Shown piece after piece: positions 55,220-64,000 of a DNA stretch of 64,000 bases. Origin of the DNA: Bacilli bacterium (GTDB taxonomy: Bacteria; Bacillota_I; Bacilli_A; ML615J-28; CAG-313). A program made the position numbers and the translations under genes. The notes under the pieces are model-generated. The model searched no databases and was not told where the DNA came from. It was given only the letters and a program-made list of their open reading frames with translations. The stretch lies in assembly GCA_017398545.1 (NCBI GenBank), contig JAFQFT010000013.1, positions 5,572 to 69,571 of the forward strand, read 5' to 3'. The number at the start of each line of letters is the position of its first letter. Position 1 is the first letter of the stretch.

Positions 55220-57652
55220 TTATTTTTTTAAATCGTATAATTTAAATATAATACACATACCATTATAGTAAATACTAATATAATCACCAGTAAAAAGATT
55301 ATTAGTAGGATCAAGTATTGGATTACCATCTACACCTATTAATGCACTACCATTAAAGTAAGCAAATCCATTCATACCTTCAACTGTATCACCTTGGAAT
55401 GAAGGTGCACCAAGTGCAAATGTTTGATCTAACATTCCAGATAAATATGGATTTCCTTCACCATAATTAAACTCTGCATCACCTATTTTAATAGAACCTT
55501 CTACTTTTTCACTAGTAAATGATTGAGCATTACCTGATTTAATAATACCAACAAAGTTAAAGTAAGTAATACTTGAATCACCTTCATTTGTAGTTAAGAA
55601 AGTTTTTCCATAAGCATTTAAAACTTGGTCTAAAGCTTTAATAGTTGGAACAAGTGCTGTTGCATTAACTACTGAGAACCAACCTTCACTACCTGCTACA
55701 TATGAATCAATAGTACAATCAATAAATTCAGTATGCGCAATACTTTCATCTTCTTCACCAGGTCTTACATGGTCTTGAATTAAGACAGGACCACCAGCTC
55801 CTTCAAATGTACAGTTTTTAACAACAAAAGTAGGAGATCCCCAGTTATATAAGAATGAGTTAAATGAATCATATGATTTAGAATCTTCTAAATACATTGG
55901 AGCTTTTGTATCTTCTGCCATAAACGCAATAAAGAAACTATTAGATAAAGTATTCTTAATAAGTGTTTCAGGACCTTGAACTTGAATTAAAATTAATCCA
56001 CCTGCTTTTTGTGTATTTTCAACTTTAGGAGCATTACCTAATAAACTAATATTTTTAACATTAACTTTACCTGTATCATCACCACTAAAGTGTAAAACAA
56101 CTGAGTGACCAATTGACATACCTTCTGGTGTAATTTCATCAAATGCTCTTGTAACAACAGGAACTGTAGATGTATCTAAATTAAAGTAGTTACCATATAA
56201 ACCAAATTCATTACCAACAGCATTATATTGATAAAGATTTACATAGTCTCTAAGTGATCCAAGTGTTCTTTCATAATCAGAATCACTAGGAAGTAAATCA
56301 GCGTCACCTTCATTATAGAAGAATTTTTGTGGTAAGTCATCTTTTGTTACTTTAATATTCGTATGTAAAATTACGTTTGTAGGATGATAATTTACATCTA
56401 AATTATTTAAAGTTTTAAATTCTACCCATGCATCATAACCTTCTTCATCAGCAGGTCTATTATCAAGATAAGCTAAATCAAGTGCAGTATATGCATTAAA
56501 TCCATCAACAACCCCACAATAATAAGTTACAACATATTTACTAATTTGATCACTTGCTGATTGTTTTACAGTTAAATATTCTGGAATAATTTCTACTTTT
56601 AATGATTTACCAATTGCAGCTTCACTAAAATCAATTAAACCATTTTCTTTATCAAATGAATCAACTAAAGCACTATCATCTAACACTTCAACATATTCTT
56701 CACCAGTAAGTTCATATAATTTATAAGTAAAATGCCAAACACCAGTATAATCATCAAAATCATCACCAGCAGCATTTAAAACACCTAATTCATAAATAGG
56801 TAATACTTTCCAACCATTATCATCACCAACCATATAAGCTTGAGTTCTATCAATATATTCAATTTCTTTATTAGTTTGTTCTTTAATATTATTATTATAT
56901 GCAACCCAGTTTCTATTTGATGATGTTGATAAGATATATACATATTGTTCCCATTTAGCATATAAAGTTAAATCTTCATATACTAAAGAATCAAAATCAT
57001 ATTTATTAGTTAATTCTTTATCAGTATACCAACCAGTAACTTTATGAGCAGTACTCTTTAATTCCTCTGGTTCAACAACTGTATTTGAATATACAACATT
57101 TTGTGATTCTACTTCATATCCTTCACCTGCAACAAATGTAACAGTAAATACTTCAGAAGTATCAACCCATTTTGCATATAAAGTTAAATCACTTGTAACT
57201 TTTTGTTTAAAATCATATTTATTTTCAAATTCACTATCAAGATACCAACCAACTAAAGTTAACCCCTCATTAGTCAATTGTGGACTTTCGATAAGTTCAC
57301 CTTCTTTAACTTCAACTGGTTCTAAAATTACCTCACAATTAGTTACAAATGTTATTGTATAACATCCAATCCATTTAGCATATACAACAATATTTTTTGT
57401 TATTGGCTCATTAAATAAATACTCTTCAGTTAATCCAGCATCAGTATACCAACCACCAAATTCAAATCCTTCTTTTTCAGGATCAGCAGGTTTAGTAGGT
57501 ATTGTACCTTTAATAACATCCATTTGTTCAATCTTAGTTCCACCATCTGTTCTAAATGTAATTCTATAAGATGAAGCATCATCTACACATCCAGTTATAA
57601 CAAATGCTAATAAAACTAAAACTAAAACCATTAATTTCTTAAATAATTTCAT
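55220..57652 (-). CDS. Lipoprotein (810 aa) with three Listeria-Bacteroides-type (Flg_new) repeats and a large uncharacterised C-terminal domain
   Basis: Lipobox FVITGC|V. Three units follow the pattern ITF...GxxFxGWYxDxxxxxxYxFxxxxxxxxxLYAKW. Confidence 0.7.
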   Translation of the reverse strand: MKLFKKLMVLVLVLLAFVITGCVDDASSYRITFRTDGGTKIEQMDVIKGTIPTKPADPEKEGFEFGGWYTDAGLTEEYLFNEPITKNIVVYAKWIGCYTITFVTNCEVILEPVEVKEGELIESPQLTNEGLTLVGWYLDSEFENKYDFKQKVTSDLTLYAKWVDTSEVFTVTFVAGEGYEVESQNVVYSNTVVEPEELKSTAHKVTGWYTDKELTNKYDFDSLVYEDLTLYAKWEQYVYILSTSSNRNWVAYNNNIKEQTNKEIEYIDRTQAYMVGDDNGWKVLPIYELGVLNAAGDDFDDYTGVWHFTYKLYELTGEEYVEVLDDSALVDSFDKENGLIDFSEAAIGKSLKVEIIPEYLTVKQSASDQISKYVVTYYCGVVDGFNAYTALDLAYLDNRPADEEGYDAWVEFKTLNNLDVNYHPTNVILHTNIKVTKDDLPQKFFYNEGDADLLPSDSDYERTLGSLRDYVNLYQYNAVGNEFGLYGNYFNLDTSTVPVVTRAFDEITPEGMSIGHSVVLHFSGDDTGKVNVKNISLLGNAPKVENTQKAGGLILIQVQGPETLIKNTLSNSFFIAFMAEDTKAPMYLEDSKSYDSFNSFLYNWGSPTFVVKNCTFEGAGGPVLIQDHVRPGEEDESIAHTEFIDCTIDSYVAGSEGWFSVVNATALVPTIKALDQVLNAYGKTFLTTNEGDSSITYFNFVGIIKSGNAQSFTSEKVEGSIKIGDAEFNYGEGNPYLSGMLDQTFALGAPSFQGDTVEGMNGFAYFNGSALIGVDGNPILDPTNNLFTGDYISIYYNGMCIIFKLYDLKK

Positions 57653-57666
57653 ATTTTCACTCCTTT

Positions 57667-58104
57667 TTAAATTATACCGCCTATATCAGGTTTACAGTAA
57701 ACTTTTATCGTTAAAGATATATTAGAATTTCTATCAGTTGGAACAATTGTAATATATGCAGCACCTGCATCTAGCATTTTTATCGTACAAGTACCATCAC
57801 CATTTTCAACAATTTCAAACAACCTTCCAACTTCATCATGATCATAATCAAATCTAAGCATAGGATTTGTTGCGTTGTCTGGTTTAACTTGACATTTAAT
57901 AACAATTTCTTGATTCTTTTTTGCTATAATTTGACCATCACAATGTTCATCATTTACAATTTCTTCATATCCTTCTGTAACACAAACAATACTTTCTACA
58001 TATACTTTTTCATTATAAACTTTTAACGCAATCCCCAAAAATCCTACTACAACAATCGCAAGAATATAAATTATACTAATAGTTAAAACGACTGACTTTT
58101 TCAT
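57667..58104 (-). CDS. N-terminally anchored small Ig-like (Big_2-like) protein
   Basis: 145 aa with an N-terminal TM segment. The beta-rich ectodomain ends in AGAAYITIVPTDRNSNISLTIKV. Confidence 0.5.
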   Translation of the reverse strand: MKKSVVLTISIIYILAIVVVGFLGIALKVYNEKVYVESIVCVTEGYEEIVNDEHCDGQIIAKKNQEIVIKCQVKPDNATNPMLRFDYDHDEVGRLFEIVENGDGTCTIKMLDAGAAYITIVPTDRNSNISLTIKVYCKPDIGGII

Positions 58105-58109
58105 ATATT

Positions 58110-59783
58110 CTACTGCCCCTCATAATAATAAGCTTTTATTTTTTTAATAAACAATATTGTACAACTTACACAATATAAAAGCGATATTAATAATAATCTA
58201 CAACATGCTGATAAATAATTACCATATTGAATACCTGATTCATTAAATAGAATAAACGCTATAATCGCATAAACAAACGATAAAATAAACGCCAAAATAG
58301 TAGATTTATTTTCATTTGGATTATCGCTTACTACACCTGTAGAATCATATTGTTCATTTTGTGGATTCATTACATCAAGTAAAGCACTATAAATCATATG
58401 ACCATAATGTAAGAATAAGATTGCAAATCCTAATATAACAATATATAAAGCATTAAATCCAACCGACTTTCCAAATATAACAACTGTTACAAATACAGTT
58501 GGAATTGATAAGACTAAATTAAAAAATAATTTAGTAAATAAAGGATACAAAGCATATATCGGTTTAACTTTTTTAAGATAACCAGCTTTTCCCTCACGAC
58601 TATAATATGTTGCAACTAACGCATTAGAGGCAAGTAGTGGCAAACAAATAATTAAAATATTAAATGTAAAAATTAAAATTTCACCTAAATATTTTAAATC
58701 CATTGCTCCATATAAAGCATTAAGTAACAAAATAAGAATCGGAACTACAATATATACCATTAAATAATTAATAGAAATTGAGATAGTTCTTAGATTTATT
58801 TTTAATTCCTTATTAACAAACGCAAAATATTTTGAATGTCTTACATTTTTATGAGTAACTTGACGAGACTTATTAGTTTCAAAGTTTTTAGCCATAATAC
58901 TAAAGAATAAAGGTCTTGCAAGTAAATATACAAATACTAATAATGAAGAATTAACTACAATTAATAAACCAAACTTTAATACAGTCATAATATTAATTAC
59001 ACAATCGGAATCGATACTAGCTTGTTCACCAACAATAATTCTTATTAAGAATCTCATCGGTGGAAGTTTTTGTTCTATATTTACTAAAAATTGATATAAC
59101 CATTTTTTTATCGTAGGCCATTGATTTATTAAATCAATCTTCTCAGGAATTAAATTAATTAATTGAATAATAACTATAATAACAAAAGATAAAATAACAC
59201 CAAATAAAATCACTTGTAAAATTGAGTATCTTTTTAAGAATTTATATACATACATAACTGGTATTGATAAAATTGCACCTAATAAAACAGGAATCGCAAT
59301 TATCATTAATAATGGTAACCACATCCATAAAAAAGCAAATGGGCTAGCACAACCTTTAGATACTAATAATATTACACTACCTAGAGTAATAGGTATTAAA
59401 AAACTTAAACTTCTTTTAATTTCATATAAATAAAATACAATTAATTTTGATAAAAATAGTACATTACTATTAACAGGAAAAGTAATCAATACTTTATTAT
59501 CTTCTGCAAAATACAAATTCAACATCAAATCTTTTGTACATGTTATTAATGAAAGAAATAAAGAAAATGTAACTACTAATATCATTATTCTTGGTGATTC
59601 ACTATAATAGAAAATACCAATATATTGACACAAATATAAAATTACATAAGTAATTGCAGTAATAATAGCAAACTTAAGAAAACAAAAAAGAAATGTTCTA
59701 AAGATATTCATTTTAGTATTAGCCCAACTAAAATCAATCTTATTTCTTAGTTGCATCATTACAAGAGTTTTTAAGTGTTTCAT
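58110..59783 (-). CDS. Polytopic membrane protein, putative ABC exporter permease component
   Basis: 557 aa with more than 10 hydrophobic segments. Its start overlaps the upstream ABC ATPase gene by 4 nt. The N-terminus MKHLKTLVMMQLRNK is typical of putative ABC-exporter permeases as I remember them. Confidence 0.55.
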   Translation of the reverse strand: MKHLKTLVMMQLRNKIDFSWANTKMNIFRTFLFCFLKFAIITAITYVILYLCQYIGIFYYSESPRIMILVVTFSLFLSLITCTKDLMLNLYFAEDNKVLITFPVNSNVLFLSKLIVFYLYEIKRSLSFLIPITLGSVILLVSKGCASPFAFLWMWLPLLMIIAIPVLLGAILSIPVMYVYKFLKRYSILQVILFGVILSFVIIVIIQLINLIPEKIDLINQWPTIKKWLYQFLVNIEQKLPPMRFLIRIIVGEQASIDSDCVINIMTVLKFGLLIVVNSSLLVFVYLLARPLFFSIMAKNFETNKSRQVTHKNVRHSKYFAFVNKELKINLRTISISINYLMVYIVVPILILLLNALYGAMDLKYLGEILIFTFNILIICLPLLASNALVATYYSREGKAGYLKKVKPIYALYPLFTKLFFNLVLSIPTVFVTVVIFGKSVGFNALYIVILGFAILFLHYGHMIYSALLDVMNPQNEQYDSTGVVSDNPNENKSTILAFILSFVYAIIAFILFNESGIQYGNYLSACCRLLLISLLYCVSCTILFIKKIKAYYYEGQ

Positions 59784-61900
59784 GAAACCACTTCCTCTTT
59801 AACTGCATCAATACTTTCAATAGTTTGCATATAAAATTCTTCTAATGATAATCCAGATGATTCAATTTCTTCTAAAGTTTTAACACAAAGAATTTCTCCT
59901 TTTCTAATAATAGCAATTCTTTGACATAACTTTTCAACAATATCAATTAAGTGAGAACTAAAGAATACAATATTACCTTCAGCAGCATGTATTCTCATAC
60001 ATTCTTTAACTTGGAAAATACTATTAGGATCAAGACCAGTTAATGGTTCATCTAGAATCCAAACTTTAGGATTATGAACTAAAGCTGCCATAATAGTGAT
60101 TTTTTGTTTCATACCATGTGAATATGTAGCAATTTTACTATCTATCGCATGTTCTAATTGGAATATTTTAATATATTTATTTAATCTTTCATTTCTTTCT
60201 TCTTCTGTAACATCAAAAATATCTGCAATATAATTAATATATTCACGACCAGTTAACTTTTCATATAACGCATAATGGTCAGGAACATACCCAATATTAT
60301 ATTTAGCTTTTGTAGGTTCATTTGAAACATCATAACCACAAACTTCAATCGCACCTTCACTAAGCGGTTGAATACCTACAATAGATTTAATAATTGTAGA
60401 TTTACCAGCCCCATTAGGTCCAAGGAATCCAAATATTTCACCACCAAATACTTCAAAAGATGCATCTTTAACTGAATAGTGTTTATTTGTTCCATACTTT
60501 TTCGAGAAATGTTTTAACTCTAATTTAATTTCATTATTATTATTCATCATTTCCTCCTTCTGTTCAGAAGATAATTTTTCTAAATATTCTAATTTAAGTT
60601 GTTTATTAATTTTTAAACGAACATGTAAATCATAATGTTTATCAGCAATTCTAAAGAATTCAGTATAAACAAACCATTCTGCAAAACCTAACAAAATATA
60701 TACAATAAAGAATAAAATTTGATATATAGGTCTAAATACTAACTGATAACCACTAACATTCACACTAACACTAAATTCAAATAAGTGTTCTGCCCATTTA
60801 CCTAATTTATCCGCAATAAAATCTGAATTAATAAAGAAATAGTCAACATCATGTCCCATTGCAGTAAAAAGAACATTACAAACAAGTGCAAATAAAAAGT
60901 ATACTAAGAAACCACACATTGAATAATAAAACTCTTTTAATTTAGGACGATTAAAGACCTTTAAAGCTACAATTAATAAAGGCATAAAGAATGCAACCCA
61001 GTGATTATACCAAAATCTAACTAAACCTGGATCAAATAAATTTGTTGCACTATCATAATTAGGCATTAACATTGCAAGTAGTGCACCTAGTACATTAATA
61101 AAATAAGTAAAATAGAATAATTTCTTTAATCTAAATATTAAACAAATAGGAATAATAAATAATGCTGTATTACATAAATGAATTGGCCAACTCCATGGTT
61201 CTTTAAGACTAGCAAAATCATATCCAATCATAAAGCCAATCAATACACCACAACTAACATATATTAAAACAAATCTTCTTATAAGTTCATCTTTATCTCT
61301 TAATAAGAAATACATAACTACAGGTACAATAATACCAATATATAAGAAAATTCTATGAGCAAGCGAAATATCAATTACTTTAATTAAAGGATTTGCCAGT
61401 CCAAATGTAAATTGTAAAAAATAAGTTGGCATTGTAGGAATTAGTAATAATAACCAAATACCTAACATAACAAAAATTGATTTAACATTCACTTTTTCTT
61501 TTAAATCAATTATAAAATAATAGCACCAAACAATTAAACCTATAATACACTCAATTAATAATAGAGTTTTAAAAGGATTAAAATCTAAAACACCAGTTAA
61601 TAAAACTGTACTTGCATTTAAATATAATAAATTAATTACATACACAATTGGTACAATAAATCTAGTAATTAATCTTACACTTTTAATATCAAAAAAAGGT
61701 CTACATCCTACAATTAAAGTAGAACTTAATTGAAACCATATTGCAAGCAAAGTTATTATTGTAACTATTGTAGAATATGGCGATGTCTCTAATCCTATAT
61801 AATTATAAATATCATTATTATATGAAAAAACTCTTGCAATTAATACTAAGACTAATAAAATAGGAAGAATTCTTTCAAATATTAATTTACGTACTTTCAT
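59780..61900 (-). CDS. Fusion of a ~440-aa polytopic membrane domain (YwaF/TP0381-like HLC motif) with a C-terminal ABC ATP-binding domain
   Basis: Walker A GPNGAGKST, signature YSHGMKQK and Walker B VWILDEPLTGLD in the last ~240 aa. The N-terminal domain contains WSWPIHLCNTALFIIPI. Confidence 0.8.
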   Translation of the reverse strand: MKVRKLIFERILPILLVLVLIARVFSYNNDIYNYIGLETSPYSTIVTIITLLAIWFQLSSTLIVGCRPFFDIKSVRLITRFIVPIVYVINLLYLNASTVLLTGVLDFNPFKTLLLIECIIGLIVWCYYFIIDLKEKVNVKSIFVMLGIWLLLLIPTMPTYFLQFTFGLANPLIKVIDISLAHRIFLYIGIIVPVVMYFLLRDKDELIRRFVLIYVSCGVLIGFMIGYDFASLKEPWSWPIHLCNTALFIIPICLIFRLKKLFYFTYFINVLGALLAMLMPNYDSATNLFDPGLVRFWYNHWVAFFMPLLIVALKVFNRPKLKEFYYSMCGFLVYFLFALVCNVLFTAMGHDVDYFFINSDFIADKLGKWAEHLFEFSVSVNVSGYQLVFRPIYQILFFIVYILLGFAEWFVYTEFFRIADKHYDLHVRLKINKQLKLEYLEKLSSEQKEEMMNNNNEIKLELKHFSKKYGTNKHYSVKDASFEVFGGEIFGFLGPNGAGKSTIIKSIVGIQPLSEGAIEVCGYDVSNEPTKAKYNIGYVPDHYALYEKLTGREYINYIADIFDVTEEERNERLNKYIKIFQLEHAIDSKIATYSHGMKQKITIMAALVHNPKVWILDEPLTGLDPNSIFQVKECMRIHAAEGNIVFFSSHLIDIVEKLCQRIAIIRKGEILCVKTLEEIESSGLSLEEFYMQTIESIDAVKEEVVS

Positions 61901-62074
61901 ATTCTTTCACCTAAATAAAATCATATTATACTATATTTTACTATTTTTAAATATATTTTTCAAGTAATTAACGAAAATAGAGCCTTTTTTAACGTGGAAA
62001 TTTTTGCATAAAAAATCTCTAATTTTTTCATATGCATTCTAATAATATAAATATGCATTTTGGCCAAATCACCA

Positions 62075-62103
62075 TTGAATAAAAAAAGATAATATGATAT
62101 ACT
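62075..62103 (+). promoter_or_regulatory. Sigma-A-type promoter for the YwaF-like gene
   Basis: TTGAAT (62075-62080), 17 nt, then TATACT (62098-62103). The ATG at 62128 has SD GGAG. Confidence 0.5.
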
Positions 62104-62127
62104 TGCAAAGTAAAATCGGAGTATATT

Positions 62128-62961
62128 ATGAATTTATTAGAAAATTTTATGTTATTTTTAGATTCAAAAATGACAACACCTACAAGTTATGGGATATTCC
62201 ATATTATCTTTTTATTAATCGTTATAACTGTAACATTCTTATTATGTAAATACTTTAAAGATTGTAATGAATCTACTTTTAAAAGAATTATCTTTATTAC
62301 TTGGATAATTATATTTATATTAGAAGTTTACAAACAAGTCATATTTTCATTTAATTACGATAACCAAAGTATTACGTGGGACTATCAATGGTATGCCTTT
62401 CCATTTCAATTATGTTCTACACCTATATATATTTTACCTATTATCTTTCTTTCGAAAGATGGTAAAATACATCAATCTGCTATAGCATATACAGCAACCT
62501 TCGCCCTATTTGGTGGTATTGCCGTAATGATATATCCAGGAGATGTTTTTATTGAAACCATTGGAATAAACTTACAAACAATGATTCATCATGGTTCTCA
62601 AGTAGTAATGGGAATATTTTGTTTAATACATGAACGAAAAAGATTAAATTTTAAATACTATACTAAAGGAATTTTAGTCTTTCTTATTCTATTAACAATT
62701 GCTGTTACATCTAATATTATAGTATATAACATATTCCAAAAACTATCAATCGATGAAACATTTAATATGTTTTATGTAGGTCCATATTTCCCATCAACAT
62801 TACCAATATTAAGTAGCATCTATCCAAAAGTACCATATATTGTATTTTTATTACTTTATACAATTGGTTTTGTATTAATTTCTTATATTATTTTCTTTGT
62901 ATTTACTAAAATAAATAATATATTTAAAAAAAATTATACTGTCACATATAAAACAATTTAA
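62128..62961 (+). CDS. YwaF/TP0381-like integral membrane protein
   Basis: 277 aa with ~7 TM segments. The motif YAFPFQLCSTPIYILPI parallels WPIHLCNTALFIIPI in the divergent ABC fusion protein. Confidence 0.6.
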   Translation: MNLLENFMLFLDSKMTTPTSYGIFHIIFLLIVITVTFLLCKYFKDCNESTFKRIIFITWIIIFILEVYKQVIFSFNYDNQSITWDYQWYAFPFQLCSTPIYILPIIFLSKDGKIHQSAIAYTATFALFGGIAVMIYPGDVFIETIGINLQTMIHHGSQVVMGIFCLIHERKRLNFKYYTKGILVFLILLTIAVTSNIIVYNIFQKLSIDETFNMFYVGPYFPSTLPILSSIYPKVPYIVFLLLYTIGFVLISYIIFFVFTKINNIFKKNYTVTYKTI

Positions 62962-63002
62962 ACTATCAAAAAGTGACAAAAATACATTTATATAATAAAT
63001 AA

Positions 63003-63041
63003 ATGACTGTTAATTACCTAAAATCTAGGCTTAACAGTCAT
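63003..63041. terminator. Bidirectional terminator between convergent genes
   Basis: Perfect 11-bp stem atgactgttaa / ttaacagtcat with a 17-nt loop, and T-runs on both strands. Confidence 0.6.
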
Positions 63042-63049
63042 TTTATTTT

Positions 63050-64000
63050 TTAAAGTCGATTTAATTCTTTATTAATCTCTTCTGGTGTACTCTTTATAAT
63101 TTGAATTGATAAATTTGAAACAGTAGAAGTAAAAACAATCTTAACCATTATATTATCACTATTGTATGTGATAAATACATATTGTGAAGCTTCATTAGTA
63201 GCTCCTTTACCTTCAGCAAATCCATAGTTTTGTAAACTATTTGCATAATCTTTAACATGATTTAATCTAGTATTTTCAATACTAATTAGTGCATTATCAC
63301 CATAATCAATGGCAAAAGAAAAATCGCCACTTGGATATTCAGGTATAAGTAATGCAAGTCCCATATCAGGCCACTTATTAAATTCTAATGGAGCAATTTC
63401 TGTTTCATATTCTAAAATAGGATTAATTACTTGATTTGCAGAACTTTCTTCAAATGATAACTCAACAAACTCCCATGCAGAAACTGATTTTGTTCCAGAA
63501 ATAACTGTTTCTAAATGAGCTTTAACACAATATCCAGTAACTTTATCAACATAATATTGATATTTAGCATAATTTTTAGTATCTACTGTAATTAACTTTT
63601 CATACAAATCACATTCATAATTACCTACTTGTTGATTTTCAACTTTAGTATATTTTCCATCAACTTTTTCAATATGTTCTGATAACAGATCAATTAATAC
63701 ATTTTTATTAGCATCTTTATCAAATGTTAATTGTATATCTAATGTTTTAACTTTTAATTCATTATCAATTAAATAAATGTCATTATTAGCTTTATCTAAT
63801 ATAATTTCACTACTTTTAAAATTATAATAAAAATAATTACTATTTTCACATATTACAAATGTATTACTACTTCCATCAGTATTATTTAAATTAACTTTAG
63901 AATAATAAACATCAAATGCTTTTTCAATTTCTTCTTTACTTATGAATGTATATTCAACTTCTGTATTATTATAATTCGGATCAGTTGCACCACACTCACA
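63050..64000 (-). CDS. Hypothetical secreted protein or lipoprotein, partial (5' end beyond the window)
   Basis: My translation shows the frame is open from 64000 (CECGATDPNYNNTEVEYTF...) down to the stop at 63050. The ORF-track start at 63607 is only an internal TTG. The first visible residues look like a post-lipobox Cys region. Confidence 0.6.
   Translation of the reverse strand, partial: CECGATDPNYNNTEVEYTFISKEEIEKAFDVYYSKVNLNNTDGSSNTFVICENSNYFYYNFKSSEIILDKANNDIYLIDNELKVKTLDIQLTFDKDANKNVLIDLLSEHIEKVDGKYTKVENQQVGNYECDLYEKLITVDTKNYAKYQYYVDKVTGYCVKAHLETVISGTKSVSAWEFVELSFEESSANQVINPILEYETEIAPLEFNKWPDMGLALLIPEYPSGDFSFAIDYGDNALISIENTRLNHVKDYANSLQNYGFAEGKGATNEASQYVFITYNSDNIMVKIVFTSTVSNLSIQIIKSTPEEINKELNRL

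Noticed and set aside
27755-58026. Other short embedded ORFs (27755-27982, 34852-35043, 40095-40301, 40463-40705, 41301-41486, 45307-45504, 46618-46818, 51579-51773 and 57838-58026).
   Set aside because: Each lies wholly within a well-supported gene (rseP, the OB lipoprotein, rpsB, the GNAT gene, the AlbA_2 gene, the LysM gene, polA and the Ig-like gene). None has translation signals.

Overview
This is an AT-rich chromosomal segment of Firmicutes/Bacilli type. It uses the standard genetic code, because TGA acts as a stop (for example at the cdsA/dxr ATGA junction). Almost all genes are on the minus strand. The housekeeping backbone follows Bacillus-like order: polA, a mutM::coaE fusion, a hypothetical gene, dnaB (initiation type) and dnaI; then trmFO and xerC; then rpsB, tsf, pyrH and frr, followed after an insertion by uppS, cdsA, dxr and rseP. 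Six accessory blocks interrupt it. (i) 1-6380: a tightly coupled radical-SAM/SPASM peptide-maturation (RiPP-like) operon. It is led by a 96-aa peptide gene whose core is five near-identical 13-aa Trp/Tyr-rich repeats. The enzyme set (two rSAM, a PqqD-like protein, two U32 domains, an adenylation-carrier module and a GNAT) matches no named RiPP class I know, and this is my top candidate for an undescribed system. (ii) 6.6-26.7 kb: a surface-protein island with three very large proteins (2401, 1041 and 2690 aa; LRR, Big_2 and FN3-like repeats). One of them ends in a Hint autoprocessing domain, and the island also encodes a membrane HExxH protein and an acyltransferase. (iii) 31.4-37.9 kb: an insertion splitting frr from uppS. 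It includes an AAA ATPase-nuclease gene preceded by six exactly 33-bp-phased palindromic operator-like sites embedded in two duplicated promoters. (iv) 44.4-46.0 kb: an AlbA_2/Schlafen-like gene on the plus strand. (v) 54771-55206: a 436-bp MITE-like element with 32-bp terminal inverted repeats. (vi) 55.2-63.0 kb: a lipoprotein/ABC operon in which the ATPase is fused to a large membrane domain. I recognised no rRNA, tRNA, CRISPR array, transposase or phage-type integrase. All domain assignments come from motif recognition by eye, and no database search was possible.
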